NCBI GenBank assembly: GCA_963741015.1
Contig: CAVUGP010000004.1
Coordinates: 32,025 to 96,024 of the forward strand
Direction of reading: 5' to 3'
Origin: an uncultured Chloroflexia bacterium
GTDB taxonomy: Bacteria > Chloroflexota > Anaerolineae > Anaerolineales > Anaerolineaceae
Length of the DNA stretch: 64,000 nt
Shown: one piece after another, positions 28,851 to 37,725 of the stretch
Layout: each line of letters begins with the position of its first letter
Position numbering within the stretch: the stretch's first letter is position 1
Position numbers and translations under genes: made by a program
Notes under the pieces: generated by a model
Seen by the model: only the letters and a program-made list of their open reading frames with translations
Told to the model about the DNA's origin: nothing
Database searches by the model: none

Positions 28851-28873
28851 TTATTGAAAATGATTTTCAATAA
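28851..28873. promoter_or_regulatory. perfect 11-1-11 palindrome, candidate Zur/Fur box
   Basis: ttattgaaaatGattttcaataa lies 10 nt upstream of the zur ATG and just downstream of a TTGACT-17-TACACT promoter-like pair (28820..28848). Confidence 0.55.
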
Positions 28874-28882
28874 GGATTTACG

Positions 28883-29314
28883 ATGAATTTCCAGGAAGCT
28901 CTCAATCAGGAAGGCCTGCGGCTGACCCATCCAAGGAAGGTGGTCATGTCGATCCTGGAGGATTCCAGCGTGCCCCTCTCCCCACAAACCATCTTCCAGC
29001 GCGCAGTCGAAGAACACGAAGATATCGGGCTTGTTTCCGTTTACCGCACCCTGGAAGTCTTATCCGACATGGGTCTCGTCCGGCGCGTACACGGCCGTGA
29101 CGATTGTCACAGTTACGTGCTGGCGTCTCCCGGACATCACCATCACCTGGTCTGCCGGGAATGTGAAAAAGCGGTCGAGTTCAGCGGCGCAGAAGACCTC
29201 GCCAGTCTTCTGGACCGAATTGAAAGAGAAACCGGGTTCAAAGTGGATGGACATCTCTTACAACTATATGGATTATGCCCCGAATGCCGGGAAAGAAAAA
29301 CAAAAAATGAATAA
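28883..29314 (+). CDS. zur: Fur-family metalloregulator, probably Zur
   Basis: 143 aa. HHHHLVCRECEKAVEF and CPEC metal-site motifs. Overlaps znuA by 8 nt. Confidence 0.7.
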   Translation: MNFQEALNQEGLRLTHPRKVVMSILEDSSVPLSPQTIFQRAVEEHEDIGLVSVYRTLEVLSDMGLVRRVHGRDDCHSYVLASPGHHHHLVCRECEKAVEFSGAEDLASLLDRIERETGFKVDGHLLQLYGLCPECRERKTKNE

Positions 29315-30236
29315 AACAAAACAAATTTCAAGAACTTATATATTTCTCGTGATGTTGGTTTTATGGGTCACACCTGTCCTGGCTGCCTGTCAACCCGCAT
29401 TTACCACTCCTGTTGGGCAGAGTGATTTACCCTCGGTGATCGTCAGTATCCTGCCGCAATCCTATTTTGCCGAACGGATCGGCGGTGAGTGGGTTTCGGT
29501 CAGTGTGATGGTTGGCCCGGGACAGGAACCTCACACCTATGAACCCACCCCGGACCAAATGAAGGCCGTCAGCAGCGCTGCCGCCTTTTTCAGCATCGAT
29601 GTGGAATATGAAAATGCCTGGCTGCCGCGCTTTGAAAATGCCAACCCGCAAATGAAAGTTTTCGATACTTCGGCCGGTATCCAAAAAATCCCGGTACCAA
29701 CGACGGTCCTCGCTGTTGGTGCTCCGGCAGAGACCAGTCACCAGGGCGAACTGGATCCTCATGTCTGGCTCGCCCCGGACAACGCCAGGATCATCGCTGA
29801 GAATATGCTCAACGGACTGATCGAAATTGCGCCGCAGCATGAAACGGATTTCCGCACAAACTACGAAAACCTGATCGGTGATATTGATGCCCTCAATACC
29901 CAAATCGAGGGGATCCTGGCCGGCGATCAGCAGCGGACTTTCATGGTCTTCCATCCCGCCTGGGGGTATTTCGCCAAACAGTACGGCCTTCAACAGATCG
30001 CCGTCCAGGTAGGCGGTCAGGACCCCAGCGCGAGTGAACTGGCTGACCTGATCACCATCGCCAAAGAGCAGCAGATCAAAATCATCTTTATCCAGCCGAC
30101 ATTCAGCACTGCCAGTGCAGATGCGATTGCGAAGGAGATTGGCGGAACGGTCGCGATAGCCGACCCGTTGGCGCAGGATTGGTTGGATAACCTGAAAACC
30201 GTGGCAGAAGCATTTGCCGCTGCTCTCGGAAAATAA
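29307..30236 (+). CDS. znuA: zinc/manganese ABC transporter substrate-binding lipoprotein
   Basis: Preferred start is the ATG at 29307 (MNKTKQ...VLAAC lipobox). ZnuA/TroA-like QEPHTYEPTP, DPHVWL and FHPAWGYF. Confidence 0.8.
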   Translation: MNKTKQISRTYIFLVMLVLWVTPVLAACQPAFTTPVGQSDLPSVIVSILPQSYFAERIGGEWVSVSVMVGPGQEPHTYEPTPDQMKAVSSAAAFFSIDVEYENAWLPRFENANPQMKVFDTSAGIQKIPVPTTVLAVGAPAETSHQGELDPHVWLAPDNARIIAENMLNGLIEIAPQHETDFRTNYENLIGDIDALNTQIEGILAGDQQRTFMVFHPAWGYFAKQYGLQQIAVQVGGQDPSASELADLITIAKEQQIKIIFIQPTFSTASADAIAKEIGGTVAIADPLAQDWLDNLKTVAEAFAAALGK

Positions 30237-30281
30237 GTTCCGGGTATGATTAAGTGATCTGCAAACAGATTCGGAGAAAAT

Positions 30282-31064
30282 ATGGTAACAGCTAACGAAG
30301 ATAATAAACCCAGGATTGAGGTCAAGGACCTCTCCGCAGGATATAACGACGAACTTGTCCTGAAGAACATCAATCTGACCGTCGAACCTGATGATTTCAT
30401 CGGACTGATCGGACCAAACGGCGGTGGAAAAACGACCCTGCTTAAAGTCATTTTGGGGCTGATCGCACCCAAACGGGGGTCCGTCCGGGTAATGGGAATG
30501 TCACCTGATAAAGGACGCCGTTATATCGGTTATGTACCGCAATTCACCCACTTCGACTCTGATTTCCCGATCCGTGTACACGATGTGGTGCGGATGGGCA
30601 GGCTGGGACCCAAACACCTATTCAAACCCTATAACTCGAAAGATGATGAGGTTGTAAACAAATGCCTGGCATGGGTTGAATTGACCGATTTGCGGAACCG
30701 TTCATTGAGTGAACTTTCCGGCGGCCAACGTCAGCGGGTCTATATCGCCCGCGCTCTGGCGAGTGAGCCGGAGATCCTCCTGCTGGATGAACCGACCATC
30801 AACGTGGATATGAACGCACGTACCCACATTTATGAGTTGCTCCACAACATCAACCTGCAAGGCGTGACCATCCTGTTGATCTCACATGACCTGAATGTGA
30901 TCTCAAGTTATGTCAAAACGATCGGTTGCCTGAACCGGACTCTGCATTATCATGGTGAAAAACAAATTACACCGGCAATGCTCAAGGATGGCTACAGCTG
31001 CCCGGTCGACCTGATCGCCCATGGCGTGCCTCACAGGGTGTTGGCCGAACACGAGGATCAATAA
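30282..31064 (+). CDS. znuC: zinc ABC transporter ATP-binding protein
   Basis: GPNGGGKTT Walker A, LSGGQRQR signature, LLLDEPT Walker B. Confidence 0.8.
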   Translation: MVTANEDNKPRIEVKDLSAGYNDELVLKNINLTVEPDDFIGLIGPNGGGKTTLLKVILGLIAPKRGSVRVMGMSPDKGRRYIGYVPQFTHFDSDFPIRVHDVVRMGRLGPKHLFKPYNSKDDEVVNKCLAWVELTDLRNRSLSELSGGQRQRVYIARALASEPEILLLDEPTINVDMNARTHIYELLHNINLQGVTILLISHDLNVISSYVKTIGCLNRTLHYHGEKQITPAMLKDGYSCPVDLIAHGVPHRVLAEHEDQ

Positions 31065-31066
31065 AC

Positions 31067-31885
31067 ATGGGCGGCATCCTTAGTTACGGATTTATGCGGA
31101 ATGCCCTGGCTGCCGGCCTTTTGGTCAGCCTGGCCTGCGGCGTGATCGGCACTCTGGTCGTGCTCAAGCGAATGGTGTTCATCTCAGGGGGTGTCGCCCA
31201 TACCGCCTACGGCGGGATCGGGATGGCTTTCTATTTCGGTATTAATCCTGTCCTGGGCGCACTGGTCTTCAGCCTGGGTGCATCCCTGCTGATGGGATAT
31301 GTCCAACGCAAAACCCGTCAGCGGCCTGACACGCTGATCGGCGTTATGTGGGCGATCGGGATGGCAATCGGGATCATCTTTGCCGACCTGACCCCCGGAT
31401 ATAAAGCCGACTTGATGAGTTACCTGTTCGGCAGCATCCTGGCTGTCACGCAGACTGACCTCTGGTTGATGCTGGTTGTAGACCTGATCGTGATCGGTGT
31501 GGTAGCCCTGTTCTTCAAAGAAATGCAGGCCAGCGCCTTTGATGAAACCTTCGCGCGGGCCCGCAATGTACCTGTGGACCTGCTCTACCTGATCCTGGTC
31601 ACGATGATCGGCCTGGCTGTTGTAATGCTGATCCGCGTGGTCGGGTTGATCATGATCATCGCTTTATTGACCGTCCCCGCTGCGATCGGTGCGCTCTTCC
31701 TGAAAAGCATGAGCAAGATCATGTGGCTGGCGACGGGTTTGAGCCTGGTCTTCACGACAGGCGGATTGCTGCTCTCATACGCATTCAATCTGACTTCCGG
31801 CGCCACCATCATCCTGTTCGCCGGTGCAGCCTACCTGATCGCTCTGCTCGTGCGCCGGCTATGCAAACGCTGCCCGGATGAATAA
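31067..31885 (+). CDS. znuB: zinc ABC transporter permease (ABC-3 family)
   Basis: 272-aa polytopic protein immediately after znuC, with an ABC-3-like hydrophobic profile. Confidence 0.8.
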   Translation: MGGILSYGFMRNALAAGLLVSLACGVIGTLVVLKRMVFISGGVAHTAYGGIGMAFYFGINPVLGALVFSLGASLLMGYVQRKTRQRPDTLIGVMWAIGMAIGIIFADLTPGYKADLMSYLFGSILAVTQTDLWLMLVVDLIVIGVVALFFKEMQASAFDETFARARNVPVDLLYLILVTMIGLAVVMLIRVVGLIMIIALLTVPAAIGALFLKSMSKIMWLATGLSLVFTTGGLLLSYAFNLTSGATIILFAGAAYLIALLVRRLCKRCPDE

Positions 31886-31988
31886 CCACATAACACAAAC
31901 AGTCATTGTTTGCCTCTATTCACAATGCAGATATAATAAATCCGAGAGAAATTAAGCAAAATCGACAATATTCGGAGGCCCGTCCAAT

Positions 31989-32315
31989 ATGAAGAAATCA
32001 CTTTTCGCTGGTCTATCATTAATAGTCGTTGTTTTAATGCTGGTTTCAGCATGTTCAAAAGCCACATCCGCGCCTGCAACTGCGGCTCCGGCAACCGATA
32101 CACCCACCACTGCTGCAACCATGACCGATGCGGAAATGAAAGCATTGATCACAGAACGATGCGGTGTTTCTACCTGCCACTCTGCATCCATCGTTTTTAA
32201 TTCAAGCTTTTCACAGAGCCGCTGGTCAACAGTATTTGACCAGATGATCGGGCTTGGCGCCAACGTGACGGCCGATGAGAAGGTCATGATGATCGATTGG
32301 CTGTTAGCCAATTAG
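31989..32315 (+). CDS. small lipoprotein with cytochrome-c-like domain (CX4CH variant)
   Basis: The signal peptide ends in the lipobox LVSAC, followed by a Thr/Ala/Pro linker. Next come ITERCGVSTCHS...WSTVFDQMIGLGANVTADEKVMMIDWL, resembling small mono-haem c domains (C..CH....W...V..M...GA.L...E...L..YL). Confidence 0.45.
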   Translation: MKKSLFAGLSLIVVVLMLVSACSKATSAPATAAPATDTPTTAATMTDAEMKALITERCGVSTCHSASIVFNSSFSQSRWSTVFDQMIGLGANVTADEKVMMIDWLLAN

Positions 32316-32345
32316 TAATTAACTTTTGTAATACTTAAATTGAAT

Positions 32346-32373
32346 AACGCCCTGCTTTCTACAGGGCGTTTTG
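32346..32373 (+). terminator. intrinsic terminator after the cytochrome-like gene
   Basis: aacgccctg-ctttcta-cagggcgtt (9-bp stem) followed by ttt. Confidence 0.6.
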
Positions 32374-32469
32374 AATCATCAATAAAAAACCTTACAGGTG
32401 GACGAGATGAATTTTTTGTTGTATGCTTAATACCCTCAGACACGGGAAGAACTCATAGGAGGCAAAAAG

Positions 32470-33027
32470 ATGATCAAAGATATCCTGCACGAAGCAGCCG
32501 AACGTATGCAATCCGCATTGGATTCACTCGAAGAAGATCTGGCCGCAATTCGCACAGGGCGCGCCTCACCTGCACTGATTGAACGTCTGGCTGTGGATTA
32601 TTACGGTACCAATACTCCCATGATCCAACTGGCTTCGATCAGTGTCCCCGAGCCGCGCCAGTTATTGATTAGGCCCTTTGACCCGGCATCGCTCAAAGAC
32701 ATCGAGCGTGCGATCCTGGTCTCAGACCTCGGCCTGACGCCCAATAGCGATGGCAAGGTCATCAGGCTTACTCTGCCCCAACTCACCGAAGACCGCCGCA
32801 AGGAACTGGTCAAAGTCCTGCATAACCGGATGGAAGAAACACGAGTCCGCGTCCGCAATGTCCGCCGGGACCTGATCAAAGACCTGCGTGATCTGGAGAA
32901 GGAAGGCCTCGTCTCGGAAGACGACCAGGAACGCGGTGAGAAGGAACTCCAGGAACTGACCGACAAACTCAACGAGAAGATCGAAGAGATTGGTGAGCAT
33001 AAAGAGAAAGAGATCATGGAAGTCTGA
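32470..33027 (+). CDS. frr: ribosome recycling factor
   Basis: 185 aa. LAAIRTGRASPALIE, ISVPEPRQLLIRPFD and LTEDRRKELVK are canonical Frr motifs. Confidence 0.95.
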   Translation: MIKDILHEAAERMQSALDSLEEDLAAIRTGRASPALIERLAVDYYGTNTPMIQLASISVPEPRQLLIRPFDPASLKDIERAILVSDLGLTPNSDGKVIRLTLPQLTEDRRKELVKVLHNRMEETRVRVRNVRRDLIKDLRDLEKEGLVSEDDQERGEKELQELTDKLNEKIEEIGEHKEKEIMEV

Positions 33028-33033
33028 TCTTCT

Positions 33034-33759
33034 ATGGCGATTGAAGAGACTCCCCAGGAATTTAGCAGAGTTCCCCAACACATTGCAATCATTATGGATG
33101 GCAATGGCCGTTGGGCCAAAGAACGCGGTCTGCCGCGGGTAGCCGGTCACAGGGCTGGCACGGAAAACCTGCGCACGATCATCCGCGCCTGCGTGGATTT
33201 CAACGTTAAATACCTGACCATGTTCGCCTTCTCGACCGAGAACTGGGCGCGGCCAAAAGCCGAGGTTACCGGCTTGATGCACATCCTGGCGGAAATGATC
33301 GATCAGGAAGTGATCAAGCTGAACGAGGAAGGTGCACGTCTGGTCCATATCGGGCACCTGGAAGGATTGCCAAAAACCCTTCAGAAAAAAGTCCGTAACG
33401 CGGTTGAACTTACCAAGAACAATGACCGGATCACGATCATATTGGCCTTCAACTACGGCGGCAGGGACGAGATTGTCAATGCCATCAAACACATGCTTGA
33501 GGACCAGGTATCCCCTGAGGATGTGAATGACGAACTGGTCAGTCAATATATGTTCACCAAAGGCATCCCCGATCCCGATCTGGTGATCCGTACTTCGGGA
33601 GAATATCGCACCAGCAATTTCCTGACCTGGCAGACGGTCTATTCGGAATGGTATTTCCCACCGGTTTATTGGCCGGATTTCAATAAAGAGGAGTTAAGGA
33701 AGGCAATTGTGGAGTTCGGTAACCGGGACCGGCGTTTTGGCGGTCTGAAAGAATCCTGA
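33034..33759 (+). CDS. uppS: undecaprenyl diphosphate synthase (isoprenyl transferase)
   Basis: HIAIIMDGNGRWA, FAFSTENW, IRTSGEYRTSNFLTWQ and RRFGG. Confidence 0.95.
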   Translation: MAIEETPQEFSRVPQHIAIIMDGNGRWAKERGLPRVAGHRAGTENLRTIIRACVDFNVKYLTMFAFSTENWARPKAEVTGLMHILAEMIDQEVIKLNEEGARLVHIGHLEGLPKTLQKKVRNAVELTKNNDRITIILAFNYGGRDEIVNAIKHMLEDQVSPEDVNDELVSQYMFTKGIPDPDLVIRTSGEYRTSNFLTWQTVYSEWYFPPVYWPDFNKEELRKAIVEFGNRDRRFGGLKES

Positions 33760-33776
33760 GTCTTCGAGTTCTGGCA

Positions 33777-34589
33777 ATGTTATCCCAACGAGTCAAAGCG
33801 GCACTGGTTTTCGTGCCGCTTGTTTTAATCATGATCTACCTGGGCGGGTGGGTTTTCAACCTGTTCTTTGCCGCCGTACTACTGGTCGCCACTTATGAAT
33901 ATGCACGGCTTTTCCGCGGGATGGATTTACACCCTTCTTTGCCGTTGATGCTAACCGGTGTGGCGCTGTTCATCGTGCACCGCTGGTGGCTGCCAGGACA
34001 ATATGAAGGAATGCTGATCTCAATCGTGATCTTTCTGACGGTGGTGACAGCCCTGGTCCAATACGAGCGCGGGGATGATCACGCTGCACTCAACTTCGGC
34101 GTCACCTTGGGTGGGATATTCTACCTGGGATGGGTCGGCAGTTTCCTGATCGACCTGCGCGCTGTGCCCGATGGCCGCGGCTGGATGCTGACCGCCCTGC
34201 CGGCGGTCTGGCTTGCGGATTCAGGCGCCTATTTTATCGGTCGTTGGCTGGGCAAGGCGAAGATGGCTCCCCGGCTCAGCCCCAAGAAATCCTGGGCCGG
34301 TATTGGCGGCGCAATCCTTTTCGGGACGATCAGCGGTGCGCTATTGGTACTGCTCTGGCGGACGGTGGGCTGGCTCCCGCTTGAGACCCCACTCTGGCAA
34401 GGGTCGGTGATCGGGCTGGTCGTGGCCATAACCACTCCAATTGGCGATCTGTTGGTCAGCCTGTTCAAACGGACAGCGGGGGTGAAAGATACCGGTACTC
34501 TGATCCCCGGTCACGGCGGCATCCTGGACCGGATCGACACCTGGATCTGGGCGGCCTTGCTGGGGTATTATCTGTTGCTGCTTTTCTAA
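33777..34589 (+). CDS. cdsA: phosphatidate cytidylyltransferase
   Basis: SDSGAYFIGRWLGK, PKKSWAG and GHGGILDRIDT signature. 270 aa, polytopic. Confidence 0.85.
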   Translation: MLSQRVKAALVFVPLVLIMIYLGGWVFNLFFAAVLLVATYEYARLFRGMDLHPSLPLMLTGVALFIVHRWWLPGQYEGMLISIVIFLTVVTALVQYERGDDHAALNFGVTLGGIFYLGWVGSFLIDLRAVPDGRGWMLTALPAVWLADSGAYFIGRWLGKAKMAPRLSPKKSWAGIGGAILFGTISGALLVLLWRTVGWLPLETPLWQGSVIGLVVAITTPIGDLLVSLFKRTAGVKDTGTLIPGHGGILDRIDTWIWAALLGYYLLLLF

Positions 34590-34602
34590 AGGATGTTAAG
34601 TT

Positions 34603-34643
34603 TGTCATTGGGAGGAGCACCGTAAGGTGCGACGTGGCAATCT
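34603..34643 (+). repeat. 41-nt REP-like palindromic motif, copy 1
   Basis: tgtcattgggaggagcaccgtaaggtgcgacgtggcaatct. Contains an internal hairpin (cacc-gtaa-ggtg). Its ends (cattg/caatc) are partly complementary; the full 5-bp attgc/gcaat pairing is seen only in copy 2. Inverted partner at 34827..34867. Confidence 0.6.
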
Positions 34644-34826
34644 TCTATTTTGCACGGAAAACACATTCATCAAACCAAGATTTGGATGATGATAAAGTTT
34701 AAATAATGGTAGGCAAACACCATCAAATTCGACATGACCTTTACTGAAATACTATAGATTGAGAAAACTATCTTCTCTTCCAGGCTGGAGTTATCGCTAG
34801 ATAAAGCATCATGACATCTTAATCGA

Positions 34827-34867
34827 AGATTGCTTCGTCGTCCCTTTGGGACCTCCTCGCAATGACA
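34827..34867 (-). repeat. 41-nt REP-like palindromic motif, copy 2 (inverted)
   Basis: Its reverse complement, tgtcattgcgaggaggtcccaaagggacgacgaagcaatct, is collinear with copy 1. The flanks are identical and the central hairpin carries compensatory changes. Confidence 0.6.
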
Positions 34868-34971
34868 AGAATATTTATTTACCTCTGCTTTAGAGCCACC
34901 TTGCCCTATTTCGGGAAAAGCCAAGCAATGTGCCCCCACACCCCCATTCACCATCTCCAATTCATTATTCC

Positions 34972-36207
34972 CTACAACCCAAAATAGATCGTCCACTCCC
35001 CCTCAGCCGGGATCTCGATCTCCGAGCTATTTCCGACGATCACAATCCAGGTCTGGCCGGGTTTCAGCGGAACGGACTCACCCGGCGCCGTCTCAAAGAT
35101 GATCGGACGGTTCGGCTCCGGCACCCGCCAGGTGCCGACCGTCTTGACGCCATCTCTGAAGAACCAGGCTTCCTGTGGTATTTGAACATTTTGGATCTCG
35201 ATATCGTGCAGCGAAGGGGCATATTCAATATAATCGGCGAACATCACCACCAGATTGTCAAAATTCAATTGCTGCCCGGTATTCCTATCGGTGGTTGGTG
35301 CCAGGATCAGACCCTCCGCCGAATCGGCTTCCTGCCAAAGCACATAATCACTATGTTCAGCATCAAATCGCCATTCCATGATACTGAAGTTGGCATATTC
35401 CACCCGTAAGATTGAACCGGGATCGTCCCCCTCAGGAGTTTGATCAGAGAAGTACAACCCCCGCAGGTCCTGAACCGAGTTATCCACCCCAATGGAGACG
35501 GCATAATCCGTCATGGCCTGCGAATCGGCATAGACACCTGTGGCCGAATGCGTCAGGTAGCCGCACATCGGCGGACAGGGCAGATTTTTATACGCCAGGG
35601 CGCGGTCCCCCAATTGTTCGATCAGGACTTCATCCACCTGCGGGTCAGCATTGCCATAAGCCAGTATGCCACCATAGAGGTTGACGAGCTGCGCATCCAC
35701 CAGCCTGCCGGAACGCACCGGCCCGATCGTGGCGGCGTTATCGCCGTAATAGATCGCCAGAAAGCGGTTCATCTGGTAGCCGATGAAATATTCGAAAACG
35801 ATATCGGCGCTGGAAAGCCCGGCATGCGGCCGACCCTCACGCGGCCAGTTGGAAACCTTGACCATCACCGGCCGCCGTTCGAGGTTGGTCGGATTCGCTG
35901 CCGCCAGCCCGGTCAACGGGTCAATGCCCGGGTCAAAATAATAATAAGTCGCCGGGGCCATGGTCGCAGTCGGGGAAGGTGTGACCGTCAGATCCATCGT
36001 TACCGTCGACGAAGGGCTTACCGTCAAGAAAGCACCCTCCAACAAATCCGCAATCTGCTGTGTTTGGGTCCCATCCGGCGTGTCCAGATAGGGATTCGAT
36101 TCTCCAGTGCCGACCGTGGTGCAGGCGGGAAGGGTGAGCAGTAGAACAGCAAGAGCAACAATAGAAAAACGAATGCGAATGGACATAGTGTAATTGTAAC
36201 GCTCCAA
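34972..36207 (-). CDS. DUF3048-family lipoprotein
   Basis: Signal peptide with LTLPAC lipobox. RPVMVKVSNWPREGRPHAGLSSADIVFEYFIGYQMNRFLAIYY is typical of DUF3048. The start may be the ATG at 36186. Confidence 0.7.
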   Translation of the reverse strand: MERYNYTMSIRIRFSIVALAVLLLTLPACTTVGTGESNPYLDTPDGTQTQQIADLLEGAFLTVSPSSTVTMDLTVTPSPTATMAPATYYYFDPGIDPLTGLAAANPTNLERRPVMVKVSNWPREGRPHAGLSSADIVFEYFIGYQMNRFLAIYYGDNAATIGPVRSGRLVDAQLVNLYGGILAYGNADPQVDEVLIEQLGDRALAYKNLPCPPMCGYLTHSATGVYADSQAMTDYAVSIGVDNSVQDLRGLYFSDQTPEGDDPGSILRVEYANFSIMEWRFDAEHSDYVLWQEADSAEGLILAPTTDRNTGQQLNFDNLVVMFADYIEYAPSLHDIEIQNVQIPQEAWFFRDGVKTVGTWRVPEPNRPIIFETAPGESVPLKPGQTWIVIVGNSSEIEIPAEGEWTIYFGL

Positions 36208-36332
36208 TGTAATTTTGATAGGATCTGCCTTTTGAGATTAATAAATTCTCATGACTCCGGTTCAATCCACTCTATATTTTTTGAAAAACGGTCAATTTGT
36301 GAAAAATTTAACAAAGATTCACCTGTTTTTCC

Positions 36333-36361
36333 TTGACAGCCGATTTTCTTCATGTTATTAT
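36333..36361 (+). promoter_or_regulatory. sigma70-like promoter upstream of the LacI-family gene
   Basis: TTGACA (36333..36338), 17 nt, then TATTAT (36356..36361). Immediately followed by operator O1. Confidence 0.45.
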
Positions 36362-36366
36362 GGCTA

Positions 36367-36380
36367 TGTAAACGCTTACA
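36367..36380. promoter_or_regulatory. LacI/CcpA-type operator O1
   Basis: TGTAAACGCTTACA, a 14-bp near-palindrome of the TGTAAnCGnTTACA class. Confidence 0.6.
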
Positions 36381-36533
36381 TAACAGCGGATTAACAATTT
36401 GTCGTTTATTATCGAAATTGCTCTTGCTTTTTTCGATTTTTGCTCAATAAAGCATCATTATTCGCAATTTCACCCCTTTTTCAGTCAATTAACATCCAAA
36501 TCTATTAAGACACAATATTTTTTTCTAAATCTA

Positions 36534-36547
36534 TGTAAGCGCTTACA
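36534..36547. promoter_or_regulatory. LacI/CcpA-type operator O2
   Basis: TGTAAGCGCTTACA, a perfect 14-bp palindrome ending 6 nt before the regulator ATG. Confidence 0.6.
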
Positions 36548-36553
36548 AGGTAA

Positions 36554-37582
36554 ATGGAAAAATCAAACAAATCCAGAGTAACTATTCATGATGTCGCCGC
36601 CGAAGCAGGGGTCTCCTTCGGAACTGTTTCACGTGTGATCAACGACGATGTCCATGTCAAAGAAGAGACCCGTGAACGGGTCAAGGTCGCAATTAAACGA
36701 TTAAATTATGTGGCCAACCGTCAGGCCCGCAGCCTGGCCGGCGGAAAGACCAGCAGTATTGGCGTCCTGGTGCCTGATCTGGGGACCGGCTACATCGGTG
36801 AGATCATCCGGGGAATTGATGCCGAACTCAGCCTGGCAGATTTGGACCTGATCCTCTATACCACCCACCGTACTCCCCATAAAGAAGCTAATTATGTCGC
36901 TAACCTCGCCAGCGGGATGGTGGATGGGCTGCTGATCGTCCTACCTCGCCAGCCTGCAGATTTCATCAATAATATGAACCAGCAGCACTTCCCATTCGTG
37001 CTGATTGACCACCAGGGCACGGGCAGTGACTGCCCGGCTGTCGGTGCAATGAACTGGTCAGGCGGTTACAGCGCCACTGAATACCTGATCCAACTCGGTC
37101 ACAAAAGGATCGGCTTCATCACCGGCTCAATGGACCTGGGCTGTACCCATGACCGACTGTCAGGATACCGTTCCGCCTTGCGAACTTACCATATCGAAGA
37201 GAACCCCGACCTGATATACCAAGGTAATTTCTTCCAGCCTGACGGTTATGCCGGGACACTTACCCTGCTGGACTTACCCAACCCGCCCACAGCCATTTTT
37301 TCTTCCAACGATGTGATGGCAATGGGTGTGATGGATGCCATTCGGCATCGCGGCCTGCGTGTGCCGGATGACATTTCCGTGATCGGTTTCGACGATATCC
37401 CACAGGCTTCCCTCGTTCGCCCCGCGCTGACAACCATCAACCAGCCGCTGGAAAAGATGGGACGGGTGGCAACTCAACTGCTTCTAGGTATGCTCGATGA
37501 CCCGGAGAAAGAAGCCGAACGGATCGAGCTACCCACTCAACTGGTCATACGCGATTCCTGTAAGGAACCACGCTCGATTTGA
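36554..37582 (+). CDS. LacI-family transcriptional regulator
   Basis: [25 protein letters not shown], followed by a periplasmic-binding-protein-like sugar-binding domain. 342 aa. Confidence 0.9.
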   Translation: MEKSNKSRVTIHDVAAEAGVSFGTVSRVINDDVHVKEETRERVKVAIKRLNYVANRQARSLAGGKTSSIGVLVPDLGTGYIGEIIRGIDAELSLADLDLILYTTHRTPHKEANYVANLASGMVDGLLIVLPRQPADFINNMNQQHFPFVLIDHQGTGSDCPAVGAMNWSGGYSATEYLIQLGHKRIGFITGSMDLGCTHDRLSGYRSALRTYHIEENPDLIYQGNFFQPDGYAGTLTLLDLPNPPTAIFSSNDVMAMGVMDAIRHRGLRVPDDISVIGFDDIPQASLVRPALTTINQPLEKMGRVATQLLLGMLDDPEKEAERIELPTQLVIRDSCKEPRSI

Positions 37583-37725
37583 CACATTCGTAACCCTGTT
37601 CTCTCGCAACAGATAGGGATTGAAATAAGTTAGGAGGTGCAAACGGAATTCATGGGGACAATAGAAAGACCTGTAAAGAAAAACTTACCAATTTTAGATC
37701 CTGAGTATAGGAAGGAGAAAGACTG

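Noticed and set aside
36399-36581. 60-aa ORF in the LacI leader region, and the 110-aa ORF at 54650..54982.
   Set aside because: They have non-ATG or weak starts, no RBS and low-complexity or hydrophobic translations. They overlap regulatory DNA or the start of a real gene. Most likely spurious.
37583-37725. A third LacI operator upstream of the SBP gene (tgtaaagaaaaacttacc).
   Set aside because: The half-sites are separated by an extended A-run and do not form the 14-bp TGTAAnCGnTTACA palindrome. Too degenerate to call.
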